The notes: generated from the sequence alone by a model not told the origin. Positions 9,712 through 20,486 are shown, counted from the stretch's first letter. The stretch: 59,817 bases of DNA from a virus (IMGVR_UViG_3300005805_009709:1-59817), one strand, 5' to 3'. Program-made: numbers and translations.

Positions 9712-10628
9712 AGATATATTTCAATCGTCGACCAGTTCCAGGACCATGGGGTGGTGGATCTAAAATACTCTCATCAATAATAGAAAAATGTTTTTCAGCG
9801 GGCCATCAAATTTTTTTTGAAGAACAACTTTTGGCTGTTGAAAATTTAGATATTTTATTCTGCATTGATCCTCGACCAAATCCTGCAGTTTCATTCGAGC
9901 ATTTATTGCAATACAAACAAAAGCACTCAAGCTGTAAGCTTATTCAAAGAGTTGGAGATTTAGGCACACACGGTAAACCTGAGCTATTGGAGTTAGTGAA
10001 AAAAACTACGCAGTTTGCTGACGTTTTAATTTTTCCAAGCTCTTGGGCAAAAAATTATTTAGGGTCGAATAAACCAAGCGTTGTTATTCATAATGCACCA
10101 CTTAAAAAGTTTGTTAACAAAAGAACAACGAAAAATGATAGAGCTCCGCTGTCTATCGTTTCGCATCATTGGTCTAATAATTCGATGAAAGGTTTTGAAA
10201 TTTACAAAGCTCTAGATAACTTTTGTGCGTATCGACCGAAAGAATTTAAATTCACTTTCATAGGAAGAAAACCTGACAATATTTCTTTACAAAACTATAT
10301 TCCGCCGCTCGACTCGGATGGGTTAGTAAATGAATTGCCAAAACATGACGTTTATATTACAGCTTCGAAACTTGAAGCTGGTGCTAACCATGTCCTTGAA
10401 GCGATGGCAGTAGGTTTACCGGTATTGTATCATGTTTTAGGTGGCAGCATTAATGAGTATTGCGAAAAGTATGGAATGCCCTACACAGACCCACAAGAGC
10501 TTTTTGAAATTCTATCCAATAGAAAAAATGAAATAATTACGTTATCGAATTCAATTGACTGGAATAAAACTTCAGAAGACATGGCAAAAGAGTATGTAGA
10601 ATTATTTGAGAAGATTTATGAAAATTAA
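9708..10628 (+). CDS. Glycosyltransferase family 4
   Basis: PWGGG, KG, EAGANHVLEAMAVGLPV. Confidence 0.85.
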   Translation: MKIYFNRRPVPGPWGGGSKILSSIIEKCFSAGHQIFFEEQLLAVENLDILFCIDPRPNPAVSFEHLLQYKQKHSSCKLIQRVGDLGTHGKPELLELVKKTTQFADVLIFPSSWAKNYLGSNKPSVVIHNAPLKKFVNKRTTKNDRAPLSIVSHHWSNNSMKGFEIYKALDNFCAYRPKEFKFTFIGRKPDNISLQNYIPPLDSDGLVNELPKHDVYITASKLEAGANHVLEAMAVGLPVLYHVLGGSINEYCEKYGMPYTDPQELFEILSNRKNEIITLSNSIDWNKTSEDMAKEYVELFEKIYEN

Positions 10629-11322
10629 CATTAGCATCGATGATGTTTCTCCTCATCCATTATCTTCAACAAAAGTTTTAGATAGATGCTTTGAACTGCT
10701 TGAATTTTTCCCTGAAATTAAATTTTCACTATTTGTCCCAGTCGCATACTGGAGAACAGTGAAGCCCGGTATCGCAACCAAGCAACCTTTAATACTCTCA
10801 CAATTTCCAGATTTTTGTAGAACAATAAAAGAACTTCCTTCTTCAAATTTTGAAATTTGTTATCATGGACTGTTTCATGGTATTCCGGGCAAAAGCGACA
10901 ATGACGAATTTCAATACTTAACCGAGGAGCAAGCACTTGATAAATTCTTGAATATGTTTGAGGTTGTTAAACATTCAAATTTAGAAGATGTTTTCAAGCC
11001 CATTTTTAGGCCACCGGCGTGGCGTATGTCACCTGCTGCCATACATGCGGCAAAGAAAGCTGGAATTAGAACACTAGCTCTTTCTCCAAAAGATTATGCT
11101 AAAGCGATATATCAAGGCGCCGAAAACGAGTTTCCTAATGTCGTTTACTACAATTGTAATCCACCGTTTGATCCCTTAGCGGCTTTTTCTAACACAGAAA
11201 TTGTTTATCATGCTTGTGAATGGGATAAGAATTATTTCAACGAACAACTTTCTGTTCAGTTATTAGAGTGGCTTAAACAACAAAAAGATTTAAATTTTGA
11301 ATTTATAGAAAATTTAGCATAG
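10618..11322 (+). CDS. Polysaccharide deacetylase-like (CE4/DUF2334) protein
   Basis: SIDDV, EICYHGLFH, FRPPAW. Confidence 0.75.
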   Translation: MKINISIDDVSPHPLSSTKVLDRCFELLEFFPEIKFSLFVPVAYWRTVKPGIATKQPLILSQFPDFCRTIKELPSSNFEICYHGLFHGIPGKSDNDEFQYLTEEQALDKFLNMFEVVKHSNLEDVFKPIFRPPAWRMSPAAIHAAKKAGIRTLALSPKDYAKAIYQGAENEFPNVVYYNCNPPFDPLAAFSNTEIVYHACEWDKNYFNEQLSVQLLEWLKQQKDLNFEFIENLA

Positions 11323-11359
11323 TATATTGTACTTTTAAGACACTCGTGGGACGCCTTCA

Positions 11360-12100
11360 ATGAAAAATATTACGGTTTTAACTCAATCATACCATCAACC
11401 AGAATTGTTAGAAATTTTAGTTAAATCATTCGAAAAATACAAAATTGGAGAAGTGCCCGTGTCATACGTAATTGTCGAAGGTTCGGCAGATACTTCTTAT
11501 ATTGATCGTATAAAAAGCTTGTCTAAAGACATTTTGTGGCTCAATAATGAGGCAGCTGATGAAAAGAATCCTGTGAATGGAGCTTCCATTGCTAATGGAA
11601 GAAACATTGAATTTGGTAAAAAGTTTGTAAAAACTGATTGGGTTTTCGTTTGTCACAATGATGTCGCGGCGACATCACAAAATTTCTTTAGAGCTTTTTT
11701 GAATTTTTCACAAAAGAATGATTTAATCTCGATGTGTAAAGATAACGCAAGAATTAATGCGTGCCATATATCTGGATTGTTCGTCAAAAACGAAATTCTT
11801 CAAGAGGTAGACTGTATGCCTGCTTTGCCTGAATTAGACGTTGGTGATAGATTAACACAATACTGCCGCGAAAATGGAAAAAATTACATTAGCTTACCAA
11901 ATTCTCACAATGATAAAACAGTTTTGCAATCCGTAACAGGCATGTGGCGTGATTTAGGAGATGACTGTGGAGTTGATCGTTGCGTCATCGATGGTGAGGT
12001 AATTTTCACTCACTTAGGCAGAGGTACTCCTAAGAGCTTGAACGCTTATTCAAAACAAGGAAAAATCTCTTACCAAAGCTGGTTAGAGCTTCACCAATGA
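11360..12100 (+). CDS. Putative GT-A fold (GT2-like) glycosyltransferase
   Basis: VFVCHND variant of DxD, DVG, late HLGRG. Confidence 0.6.
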   Translation: MKNITVLTQSYHQPELLEILVKSFEKYKIGEVPVSYVIVEGSADTSYIDRIKSLSKDILWLNNEAADEKNPVNGASIANGRNIEFGKKFVKTDWVFVCHNDVAATSQNFFRAFLNFSQKNDLISMCKDNARINACHISGLFVKNEILQEVDCMPALPELDVGDRLTQYCRENGKNYISLPNSHNDKTVLQSVTGMWRDLGDDCGVDRCVIDGEVIFTHLGRGTPKSLNAYSKQGKISYQSWLELHQ

Positions 12101-12107
12101 GTCAAAA

Positions 12108-13109
12108 ATGAAAACTATTTTAGTAACAGGAATTGCTGGATTAATAGGTTCAAGATTTTCTAAGTGGGTTCTTGAAAATACAGACTACCATGTTGTCGGG
12201 ATAGATGATTTATCTGGTGGTTACATTGAAAACGTAGATGATAGATCTACTTTCTACAACATAGATTTATCGACATCTCAAAGAGAAATTTATGAAATTT
12301 TTGAAAAACATCGCATTGAAATAATTTATCACTTCGCAGCGTACGCAGCAGAAGGTCTTAGCCCTTTCATCAGAAAATTTAATTATGAAAATAACCTGAT
12401 AAGCTCAACGAATCTAATTAACGCGGCGATCAAGTATGGCACCCGAAGGTTCGTATTCACCAGCTCAATGGCAGTTTATGGTGATAAAAACCAAGCTCCA
12501 TTCAGCGAAAATTTAACACCTAGCCCAATTGATCCTTATGGTATTGCAAAATATGCCGTAGAACTAGATTTGAAATGTGCCCATGAACAGCATGGTTTAG
12601 AATATACAATCGTAAGGCCTCACAACGTTTATGGTATAGGTCAAAATATTTGGGACAAATATAGAAATGTTCTAGGCATATGGATGTATCAATTAATGAA
12701 TGATATTCAACCTTCTATATTCGGTGACGGTTTACAGAAAAGATCTTTTAGCTACATCGATGATAGTTTACGACCTCTGTGGACTGCTTCGCAGAACGAT
12801 AAATGTGTTGGTGAAATTATTAATTTAGGTGGAATAAAAGAAACTAGTATTATTGAAGCGTATCAGGTTCTTGCAAAAGTAACAAAGACAAACGTACAAC
12901 CTAAATTTTTAGAACCAAGACATGAAGCAAAATATGCTTGGTCAACTTGGGAAAAATCAAAAGAGCTATTAGATTTTGAGCATAAAATAGATCTTGAAGA
13001 AGGTTTGACAAAAATGTGGGATTGGGCTCGAGAACAACCCATGAAAACTAGAAGAGTTTGGGAAAAGTATGAGATAGAAAATGGTCTATATGAATATTGG
13101 AAAAAGTAA
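12108..13109 (+). CDS. NAD-dependent epimerase/dehydratase (extended SDR)
   Basis: TGIAGLIG, DDLSGG, SSMAVYG, PYGIAK, RPHNVYG. Confidence 0.9.
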   Translation: MKTILVTGIAGLIGSRFSKWVLENTDYHVVGIDDLSGGYIENVDDRSTFYNIDLSTSQREIYEIFEKHRIEIIYHFAAYAAEGLSPFIRKFNYENNLISSTNLINAAIKYGTRRFVFTSSMAVYGDKNQAPFSENLTPSPIDPYGIAKYAVELDLKCAHEQHGLEYTIVRPHNVYGIGQNIWDKYRNVLGIWMYQLMNDIQPSIFGDGLQKRSFSYIDDSLRPLWTASQNDKCVGEIINLGGIKETSIIEAYQVLAKVTKTNVQPKFLEPRHEAKYAWSTWEKSKELLDFEHKIDLEEGLTKMWDWAREQPMKTRRVWEKYEIENGLYEYWKK

Positions 13110-13115
13110 TGCTTC

Positions 13116-13745
13116 ATGGGTAAATCAGATCAATTCATATTTCCTGAGTATTTGAAGCTTATAAGCGATATAAAAGCTGAGTCAATCGCGCTCCTCGGGT
13201 TTTCACAAGAAAATGATTTCACCAGATCTATTAATGCAAAAACAAAAAAATTTTTTGATGTCAGCTTAGGCAATTGGGACATCAACTCAGACTGGTCTCT
13301 CAATCAAAAATTTGATTTGATCATTAGTACACGCTGTCCTTATTTTTCAAAAGATCCAAAAACGTTTATTGCAAAGTGTAAAGAACATCTAACGCAAGGA
13401 GGGCATGCTCTCATCGACTGGGGACTAGGTGATCACTGGAGATTTAAAAACTACAAAGTAGGCTGGCTGCGCCATGGTGAGCTTGAGTTTGCTTATAAAC
13501 CAAGCAATTTTTTGCATTCCTGTTATTGGCATGATGATTTACTAAGTGACCCCAATGTGATATCATTTTGGAATTGTGTTGTAAAAAATCCAGAACTTGG
13601 ATACACACAGCAAGATGATTTGAAAGAAGTCATAAAAAAAGAAGTTCAGCACTTAATAAGCTATGACGTCAAAAAAATAAAAACAGTTTTTCTTTGGCCT
13701 GAACGTCCACAGCTTTATATCATTACTTTGATAGAAAATCAATGA
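13116..13745 (+). CDS. Putative methyltransferase-fold protein
   Basis: FDLII and L..GG..LID strand pattern, but motif I is degenerate. Confidence 0.4.
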   Translation: MGKSDQFIFPEYLKLISDIKAESIALLGFSQENDFTRSINAKTKKFFDVSLGNWDINSDWSLNQKFDLIISTRCPYFSKDPKTFIAKCKEHLTQGGHALIDWGLGDHWRFKNYKVGWLRHGELEFAYKPSNFLHSCYWHDDLLSDPNVISFWNCVVKNPELGYTQQDDLKEVIKKEVQHLISYDVKKIKTVFLWPERPQLYIITLIENQ

Positions 13746-14884
13746 AAAAAATTGCGATATTTTTAGGAGATTTCTTTTGGAGCAGCGTTCCGTATGATGG
13801 AATTAGGTTATTGAAAGAACTACAACAAGAGCAGAATTTACATGTAGATCTTTTAATGTTCGAACAAGATATCAGGTTGAACAAAGTATTCTCTGGCACC
13901 GAAAAATATTACTTCAATCCTGAAGTTTTCAAACTAGAAAAAAACTTGAGAACTATAAAAAGCTGGAATGATCTTTATCTTGCTTCAGGCGATTATTCTT
14001 TGATTCTTACATCTACTCACATCGCACCAAAAACAAGATATCCGCAAGATCTAAGAGCGAATAAAAGATGCCCAATCGCAGCTTGGGATATTGGTGGAAC
14101 TGATATCATCACTAATGCAACACACTTTGCTGATGCATATTTTGTCAAAGCTCCCATATGGAAGCGATGGTTACGATTAGAAAAAGGAATAGATGAAAGA
14201 AATATATGGGTCACAGGTTCACCGCACTATGACAGTTATTTCTTAGAAAACTATGGGTTAAGTGAAAAAGAAAAGTTTCATAAAAAGTATGATTTAAAAA
14301 AGGAAAAAACTATTTTAATCTGCCCCTCGAACCCAGGCTCTCATGTTGCCCAGTTTGAGCAGAACATGTCAGAATTAGAAAAGCTCATTGAATTTTCAAA
14401 AGAACTCAATGCAAATTTATTAGTAAAAACTTATCCGCACGATTACATGTTTTATGAAAAAGAAAAACAGTATTCGGGAATTTATAAAAGAATCTATAAA
14501 AACAAGCCACACTATGAGTTTTTAATAGAAAAATTTCCGGAATTAAAAATCATAGAGAGTCAAGATCACCACAATGCCGTAATGTTTTGTGACGCACTGT
14601 TCAATATGTCAGGATCCAGCATTTCTTGGGAAACACACTTTTCAAAGACTCGAAGTTATTCAATGAACTACAAAGATAAGCCATACTACGGTGCAGTTTC
14701 TTATCTAAAACATGCGAAATTACCTGACGAATTATACAACACTAATATTGACAAAATAACTGATCTAACGTTGAACAACAAAGAAAAAAATGAGGACAAT
14801 GAATACATTGTCACCTTGGATTCTTGTAAAGAAATAAAAAAGAAAATTAAAGATTGCTGCATATTGTTAAAGAAAGATAGCTAA
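13742..14884 (+). CDS. GT-B fold transferase (capsule/CMP-sugar or CDP-polyol transferase-like)
   Basis: IWVTGSPHYD, ILICPS, LLVKTYPHD, SSISWE. Confidence 0.55.
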   Translation: MKKIAIFLGDFFWSSVPYDGIRLLKELQQEQNLHVDLLMFEQDIRLNKVFSGTEKYYFNPEVFKLEKNLRTIKSWNDLYLASGDYSLILTSTHIAPKTRYPQDLRANKRCPIAAWDIGGTDIITNATHFADAYFVKAPIWKRWLRLEKGIDERNIWVTGSPHYDSYFLENYGLSEKEKFHKKYDLKKEKTILICPSNPGSHVAQFEQNMSELEKLIEFSKELNANLLVKTYPHDYMFYEKEKQYSGIYKRIYKNKPHYEFLIEKFPELKIIESQDHHNAVMFCDALFNMSGSSISWETHFSKTRSYSMNYKDKPYYGAVSYLKHAKLPDELYNTNIDKITDLTLNNKEKNEDNEYIVTLDSCKEIKKKIKDCCILLKKDS

Positions 14885-15826
14885 ATGAAAACTAAAGTAA
14901 TTTGCATTACTCCGCTAGATCATATTCCTACAGTCTTGAATCGTCTTCACGAGATTTGTGATGTTACATATCTGCCTAACATTAGCAAAGACGAGTTAAG
15001 AAATTTATTGTTGAAAACTAACTATAACGCGATTTTTACGAACCCTAATAAGCAAAATTTCAAATTAGATTTTGCGCTTTTGAATAACACAACTATTAAA
15101 CTAATCAATACTGCTTCAACAGGCACGAACCATATTAACTTTGATGATTGCAAAAAACTAGATATAGAAGTTTATTCATTAACCAAGGATTATGAACTAA
15201 TAAGAAAACTTCCATCTACAGCTGAATTAGCTTTTGGGTTGGCTTTATCTTTAATGAGAAAAATTCCACAGTCTTTTGATGATGTAAAGCGCGGAAATTG
15301 GAATTACGAACCGTATGTCGGAAGGCAACTAGCTGGATTAACGGCTGGTATCATCGGGTACGGAAGGCTTGGTACATTTATGGCACGGTATTGTCATGCG
15401 TTCGGAATGAAAGTACTGGTGAATGATCCTTTAAAAAATGTTTTTGAATACGATCAGGTTTCTAAAGAAGAAATTTATGAAAGGTGCGATTTAATATCGC
15501 TGCATGTCCACGTTAGTCCAGACACCCATGAAATGATAGATGAAAATGCAGTGAATAGAATGTTGAAAAAACCTTATATCATAAACACTTCTCGAGGAGA
15601 AATTGTGAATGAAACGCAAATAGCGAGAGCAATTAAGGAAGGAAAAATATCAGGTTACGGAGCTGACGTCATAGTTGACGAATTTTCTGAAAGTGTCGAA
15701 AATAGTGAGCTTATAAAACTTTCGAAAAAAGGATATAATGTTCTTATCACGCCACATATTGGTGGGATGTCCATAGAAGGGCAAGAAAGAGCGTATCTGT
15801 ACGCCGTAGAAAAATTCAAAAACTAA
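14885..15826 (+). CDS. D-isomer-specific 2-hydroxyacid dehydrogenase (SerA-like)
   Basis: STAELA, GIIGYGRLG, INTSRG, TPHIGG. Confidence 0.9.
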   Translation: MKTKVICITPLDHIPTVLNRLHEICDVTYLPNISKDELRNLLLKTNYNAIFTNPNKQNFKLDFALLNNTTIKLINTASTGTNHINFDDCKKLDIEVYSLTKDYELIRKLPSTAELAFGLALSLMRKIPQSFDDVKRGNWNYEPYVGRQLAGLTAGIIGYGRLGTFMARYCHAFGMKVLVNDPLKNVFEYDQVSKEEIYERCDLISLHVHVSPDTHEMIDENAVNRMLKKPYIINTSRGEIVNETQIARAIKEGKISGYGADVIVDEFSESVENSELIKLSKKGYNVLITPHIGGMSIEGQERAYLYAVEKFKN

Positions 15827-15836
15827 TGGTGATAAA

Positions 15837-16400
15837 ATGGAAATCAACGCGCTTGTAATAATTCCAGCAAAAGCTGATTCGACTAGGTTACCTGGCAAAA
15901 ATAAGAGAGTTATCGCAGGAAAAACTCTTCTTGAGCATGCGATACAATATGCTAAAAACTCGAAGCTAGCTTCAAAAATTGTCGTCTCTACAGAAGACAA
16001 AGAGACTAAAGAAATAGCTGAATCGCATGGCGTACAAGTTGTTGGTCGTGACATGGAGTACATGGGAGAAAGAGAAGTTGCTGATGTATACGTTAAGATC
16101 TTTAACGATCTGAATGATTTAAGTTATACACATGTTGTAGGTGTCCAGCCTGATCACCCAGACCGTTCTATTCCATTAGACGAGATGTTACAATATGCTG
16201 TGAAAAACAAGTATGATGATCTTTTCACAGTAAATCAAGATGGTTCTAGAAATGGTTCAATCAGAATTACAAAGGCTCAGCATGTCGCATCGGGCCTCAT
16301 GAGTAGAAGAGTTGGATCAATGCTAGATGCTTGTACGAACATCCATAGTGAACAAGACCTATTGAACGCCGAGCGCAACATTCTTAATAGAAAAGATTGA
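15837..16400 (+). CDS. Short divergent CMP-ulosonate synthetase (NeuA/KdsB-type cytidylyltransferase)
   Basis: IIPAKADSTRLPGKN, VSTED, VQPDHPDR. Confidence 0.75.
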   Translation: MEINALVIIPAKADSTRLPGKNKRVIAGKTLLEHAIQYAKNSKLASKIVVSTEDKETKEIAESHGVQVVGRDMEYMGEREVADVYVKIFNDLNDLSYTHVVGVQPDHPDRSIPLDEMLQYAVKNKYDDLFTVNQDGSRNGSIRITKAQHVASGLMSRRVGSMLDACTNIHSEQDLLNAERNILNRKD

Positions 16401-16404
16401 TTGT

Positions 16405-17217
16405 ATGAACAACGACTATATCGACTCCTTGAAAAAACAAGGAAAGTTAAACATATCGATCGATAAAAGCAAAAAGTTTACTTGGGAATACACCAAGATC
16501 GCCGGTCCATGCTCTGTTGAAGGTCCAAGCATTACTGAAATTGCAAAAAAAATTAAAAACATAGGAGCTAACGCTTTTAGGGCTGGGGCTTATAAACCCT
16601 GCACGTTTCCTGTTCTAAAAGAAACTAATGGGTGGAAAGAAGGCTTGAGAAAAGAAGGCCTATCTCTTTTAAAGCAAGTCAAGAAAGAAACGGGTCTACC
16701 TATCGTAACTGAAGTCATGGACGCGAGTATGATAGATGAGATTTCAGAAGTGGCCGACGTGTTACAAGTTGGCACTAGAAATTTTCAGAATTATTCTTTG
16801 TTAGATGCCTTAGGAAGAATTAATAAACCTATTCTCCTGAAAAGAGGAACATGGGGAACCATTGATGAAATATTAGGGTCTTGTGAAAGAATTTTAGTTG
16901 GAGGAAACGATAAGTTAGCCATTTGCTTGCGTGGTGTCGTCGGCGCTCCAAGCTACAGACATGTGTTTCCTACAGTTAGATGGGCTCCTGACTTGATGAT
17001 GATCCCGGCCCTTAAAGAATTCACAAACATACCAATCATATATGATCCAAGTCACTCAACTGGGTATCGCAAATTCGTAAAACCTATTTCAAAAGCGGCG
17101 ATGGCCGCAGGAGCGGATGGGTTAATAATCGAATGTCATCCAGAGCCAGATAAATCTATCAGTGATGCAGCACAAGCAATAAATTATGATACATTAAGTG
17201 AGATTTTCAATGGATGA
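16405..17217 (+). CDS. Type I-beta DAHP synthase-like PEP aldolase, catalytic barrel only, KPRT motif changed to KPCT
   Basis: IAGPCSVE, RAGAYKPCT, QVGTRNFQN, LKRG, DPSH, IECHPEP..SD. Confidence 0.85.
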   Translation: MNNDYIDSLKKQGKLNISIDKSKKFTWEYTKIAGPCSVEGPSITEIAKKIKNIGANAFRAGAYKPCTFPVLKETNGWKEGLRKEGLSLLKQVKKETGLPIVTEVMDASMIDEISEVADVLQVGTRNFQNYSLLDALGRINKPILLKRGTWGTIDEILGSCERILVGGNDKLAICLRGVVGAPSYRHVFPTVRWAPDLMMIPALKEFTNIPIIYDPSHSTGYRKFVKPISKAAMAAGADGLIIECHPEPDKSISDAAQAINYDTLSEIFNG

Positions 17218-18004
17218 TAGCTTATACGAAAAATTCAAAAATGACAGAATCATCATTGCAGGCCCGTGCGTACTTGAAGATTATGATAAAGCATTAACAT
17301 TCGCAAACTTTGCCAGTAGTGTCTGCGAAAAATACGGATTCACTTATGTATTCAAAGCGTCTTTTGATAAAGCTAATAGAACGTCGATTAATTCATATCG
17401 AGGCACGGGCATTGAAAAAGGGATAGAGATATTCAAAGCGCTTAGTGAAAGTTTCTATACGTTGACTGATTTCCATACACCTGAACAAGCAGATTTAATT
17501 GCAGATCATGTCGATATAATCCAAATACCTGCTTTCTTATGTAGGCAAACTGACATGTTGGTTGCTGCAGCTAAAACAGGTAAAATTGTTAATATCAAAA
17601 AATTTCAAATGCTTGCTGGAAAAGACATGCTCAGGCCAATAGAAAAAGTCTTAAGCGCCAACAACGATAAAATAACCCTAACTGAGCGAGGCACACTAAT
17701 CCCTTATGGAAATCTAATTCTTGATTTGAAGAATATTGTAGACATGCTCGGGTTTGGATTTCCTGTCGTTATGGACTGCACGCATACATGCCAAACTCTA
17801 CACCCAAATCAAGAAAAGACTTCAGGTAGAATTGAAATGGCTCCTATATATGCCCAGGCTGCGGCCATCTGTGGAGTTAAAAGTTTTTTTGCAGAAATTT
17901 ATGACGATCCTCGATGCGCCAAGTCTGATGCCGAGACATCATTAACTTTTGAAAAGTTTGAAGATCTGACTCATAAAATCGACAAAACCATGAAGGCAGT
18001 ATGA
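17210..18004 (+). CDS. kdsA: Kdo-8-phosphate synthase
   Basis: IAGPCVLE, KASFDKANRTS, QIPAFLCRQTD, TERG. Confidence 0.9.
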   Translation: MDDSLYEKFKNDRIIIAGPCVLEDYDKALTFANFASSVCEKYGFTYVFKASFDKANRTSINSYRGTGIEKGIEIFKALSESFYTLTDFHTPEQADLIADHVDIIQIPAFLCRQTDMLVAAAKTGKIVNIKKFQMLAGKDMLRPIEKVLSANNDKITLTERGTLIPYGNLILDLKNIVDMLGFGFPVVMDCTHTCQTLHPNQEKTSGRIEMAPIYAQAAAICGVKSFFAEIYDDPRCAKSDAETSLTFEKFEDLTHKIDKTMKAV

Positions 18005-18693
18005 ACAACAAAGAATATGTCATCAGTAAGATTAAAGAATCTGTGGTAAATGATGCGCCGTGGAAACATGTAGTGATAAAAGATTTCATGCCTCCATCTT
18101 TATATGAAGGCATGAAAAATGAAATAACGCCGTATGAAGCCAGTCCTTGCTTAAAAAACGTGAATACGAGAGCATACCACATTTATGTTAACGATTCAGT
18201 CGGCGTATATCCCAACACACCATACCTGAAAGAATATTATGACATCTTATCAGATGAAAGTGTTTTGAATGAGGTTTTGAAAAAATTAGAATTAACGTCT
18301 CAGCCTTTACCTAAAGATTTTTACAGCGAAGTTAATTTCATAACACAAGATTGGATTTATGATGAAGTGCACCCTGATAGAAGTGATAAGTTAATCACTA
18401 TGATTCATTATCTTGCGGATGAAGGCGATGATGAATCGTTGGGTACCTTTCTGTATACGCCACATGTAGATGGTAAAAACTTACGAGTCTTTGAAGATAT
18501 GGTTAGCTCTACTCCGTATGTGGGAAATTGCTTTTTGATGTTTGCGCCACAAGACACAAAAGAATGTAGAACGAATCATTGCATGGGCAATAATTCTAAG
18601 AAAACTTTTATTAGAAAATCTATTCAAGCTTTCTGGATCAAGGAAAAAGCTGACTGGACTAAAGACAAGCAAAGTGGAAGAATACGTTTATGA
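18001..18693 (+). CDS. 2OG-Fe(II) oxygenase-like protein
   Basis: PWKHVVIKDF, HPD..H facial triad, R-x-S. Confidence 0.65.
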   Translation: MNNKEYVISKIKESVVNDAPWKHVVIKDFMPPSLYEGMKNEITPYEASPCLKNVNTRAYHIYVNDSVGVYPNTPYLKEYYDILSDESVLNEVLKKLELTSQPLPKDFYSEVNFITQDWIYDEVHPDRSDKLITMIHYLADEGDDESLGTFLYTPHVDGKNLRVFEDMVSSTPYVGNCFLMFAPQDTKECRTNHCMGNNSKKTFIRKSIQAFWIKEKADWTKDKQSGRIRL

Positions 18694-19445
18694 AATTACC
18701 CTTTAGTTTTGGCGATAAGACCATAAATTTCTGCGCGGATGAAGATTTTGGTTATGAACCAATGAAGAAACGTCTTGAAGCATATCTTCAAGATGAGCCT
18801 TACACGATTGATTGGATAAAATCATTTAAGCCAAAATCTGTATTTTGGGATATCGGCGCCAATGTCGGCGGATTTTCTTTTATCGCAGCAATGTGCCATG
18901 ATGACATAAAGGTTTTTTCTTTTGAACCAAATTTCATGAACTCGCACAACCAATTAAAGACCTGCAAAGAAAATGACATAAAGAATGTCTTTCCCCTGAA
19001 TGTTGCGATTAATCACAGAAATGAAATTAACTTTTTTTATTATGATCAAGTTATAAATGGATCAAAAGGAACATTTAGCGACAAATTAAAAGATCAACTT
19101 GCAAAATCTGATTATGGAAACCCGTTCAAGCGAGGAATAAAGCATCAAGTTTCTATATTAGGCGTTTCATTAGATAGTTTGGTTTATGACTTCGGGTTGA
19201 ATAAGCCAAATTACATAAAAATCGATGTCGATGGTAATGAACTTTTAGTTATCGAAGGCGCGAAAAAATTACTCAATGAGTCTGAAGTAAAACAAATTTT
19301 CATAGAAATAGATGATAAGATTTACCCCAATAAAGAAATTGAAAATTTCATGAGTGGTTACCCATACAAGATAGAGAAACACTTGCAGGTAGGTACACCA
19401 GAAAAACCACTACGAATGATGCTATACACAAAAAATGATTCTTGA
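18690..19445 (+). CDS. FkbM family methyltransferase
   Basis: WDIGANVG, FEP, IKIDVDGNE. Confidence 0.9.
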   Translation: MKLPFSFGDKTINFCADEDFGYEPMKKRLEAYLQDEPYTIDWIKSFKPKSVFWDIGANVGGFSFIAAMCHDDIKVFSFEPNFMNSHNQLKTCKENDIKNVFPLNVAINHRNEINFFYYDQVINGSKGTFSDKLKDQLAKSDYGNPFKRGIKHQVSILGVSLDSLVYDFGLNKPNYIKIDVDGNELLVIEGAKKLLNESEVKQIFIEIDDKIYPNKEIENFMSGYPYKIEKHLQVGTPEKPLRMMLYTKNDS

Positions 19446-19480
19446 CTCGATAATGTTGTATAAATTCAACGAGTATTCGC

Positions 19481-20476
19481 ATGAGCAAGAGCATTAAATT
19501 CACGAGCATTCATACTGAAAATAAAAGAATGCTTCTTAAGAGTGAGATGGAAAAAATCACGCTTAAAATTCATCAATTATTTAAGCCGGGAGAAAAACAG
19601 ACTGCATGCCCATGCTGCCATAGTGAATTACTCGTTTCGTACGTAGAAAAGTTTGGATATAACATTGATCGCTGCGAGGCATGTCAACACTTATTCACTA
19701 ATCCTTTTCCAACCAAAGATGCGTTAACCTACTTTTACAATAGTGAATTTAAAGATTTTGAAAATCAATTTTTCATCGATTCTTTTGAGAATAGAATCCC
19801 TATTTTCAAACAGAGAATTAAACTTCTGAAAAACTCAGGCGTAGGGTCAAAAATTCTAGACGTCGGCTCTGCCGTGGGTATATTCATAGAGGCAAATCGA
19901 AGAACAGGTAAAAAGCTAACGATCGATGCATGCGACATTAGTGCGAATGCTTGTGCATACTTGAAAAAAAAATTTCCAAACACCACTATTTTCAATCATG
20001 ACATTTCAGATTTACCCGAGGGTGAATATGACGCAGTGACGCTATGGGATACATTAGAACACATACCTGACCCCAAAGAGTTATTGGCTGGTGTGAAACG
20101 TCAGTTAAGGTCGGGTGGACATTTTATCTTCAGCACACCCAATACTCATAGCTTTGAATGGGAAATCATGGGCAAAGAACATGTGCAGCTATTACCACCG
20201 GGGCATGTCAACCTCTATAATACAAAGAACATAAGTACACTGTTAAATCAGTGTGGTTTTTCTGTCGAGGGCATCCACACGCTGAATCCTTCTTTAGATT
20301 TGACGTATATAAAAAATGTTTTTAGCGTCGATGAAAACTTAGAAACGATGTACTCTAGAGCCGCGAACAAACTATTGGAGCTCATTCTTTCAAAAGAAAA
20401 CTTTCCAGCTTTAGAAAAAGCTCTTCGCAAGCAGCTATACGCAGGAAACATGATCGTCATATCAAGGCTTAGTTGA
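19481..20476 (+). CDS. Class I SAM methyltransferase with N-terminal Zn ribbon
   Basis: CPCC..CEAC, LDVGSAVG, WDTLEHIPDP, STPN. Confidence 0.85.
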   Translation: MSKSIKFTSIHTENKRMLLKSEMEKITLKIHQLFKPGEKQTACPCCHSELLVSYVEKFGYNIDRCEACQHLFTNPFPTKDALTYFYNSEFKDFENQFFIDSFENRIPIFKQRIKLLKNSGVGSKILDVGSAVGIFIEANRRTGKKLTIDACDISANACAYLKKKFPNTTIFNHDISDLPEGEYDAVTLWDTLEHIPDPKELLAGVKRQLRSGGHFIFSTPNTHSFEWEIMGKEHVQLLPPGHVNLYNTKNISTLLNQCGFSVEGIHTLNPSLDLTYIKNVFSVDENLETMYSRAANKLLELILSKENFPALEKALRKQLYAGNMIVISRLS

Positions 20477-20486
20477 ACGTTGCGTC

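Noticed and set aside
8021-18693. TET/JBP-plus-GT DNA hypermodification system
   Set aside because: The oxygenases look PhyH-like or generic 2OG-type and sit among CMP/ADP-sugar genes; not excluded without nucleoside analysis
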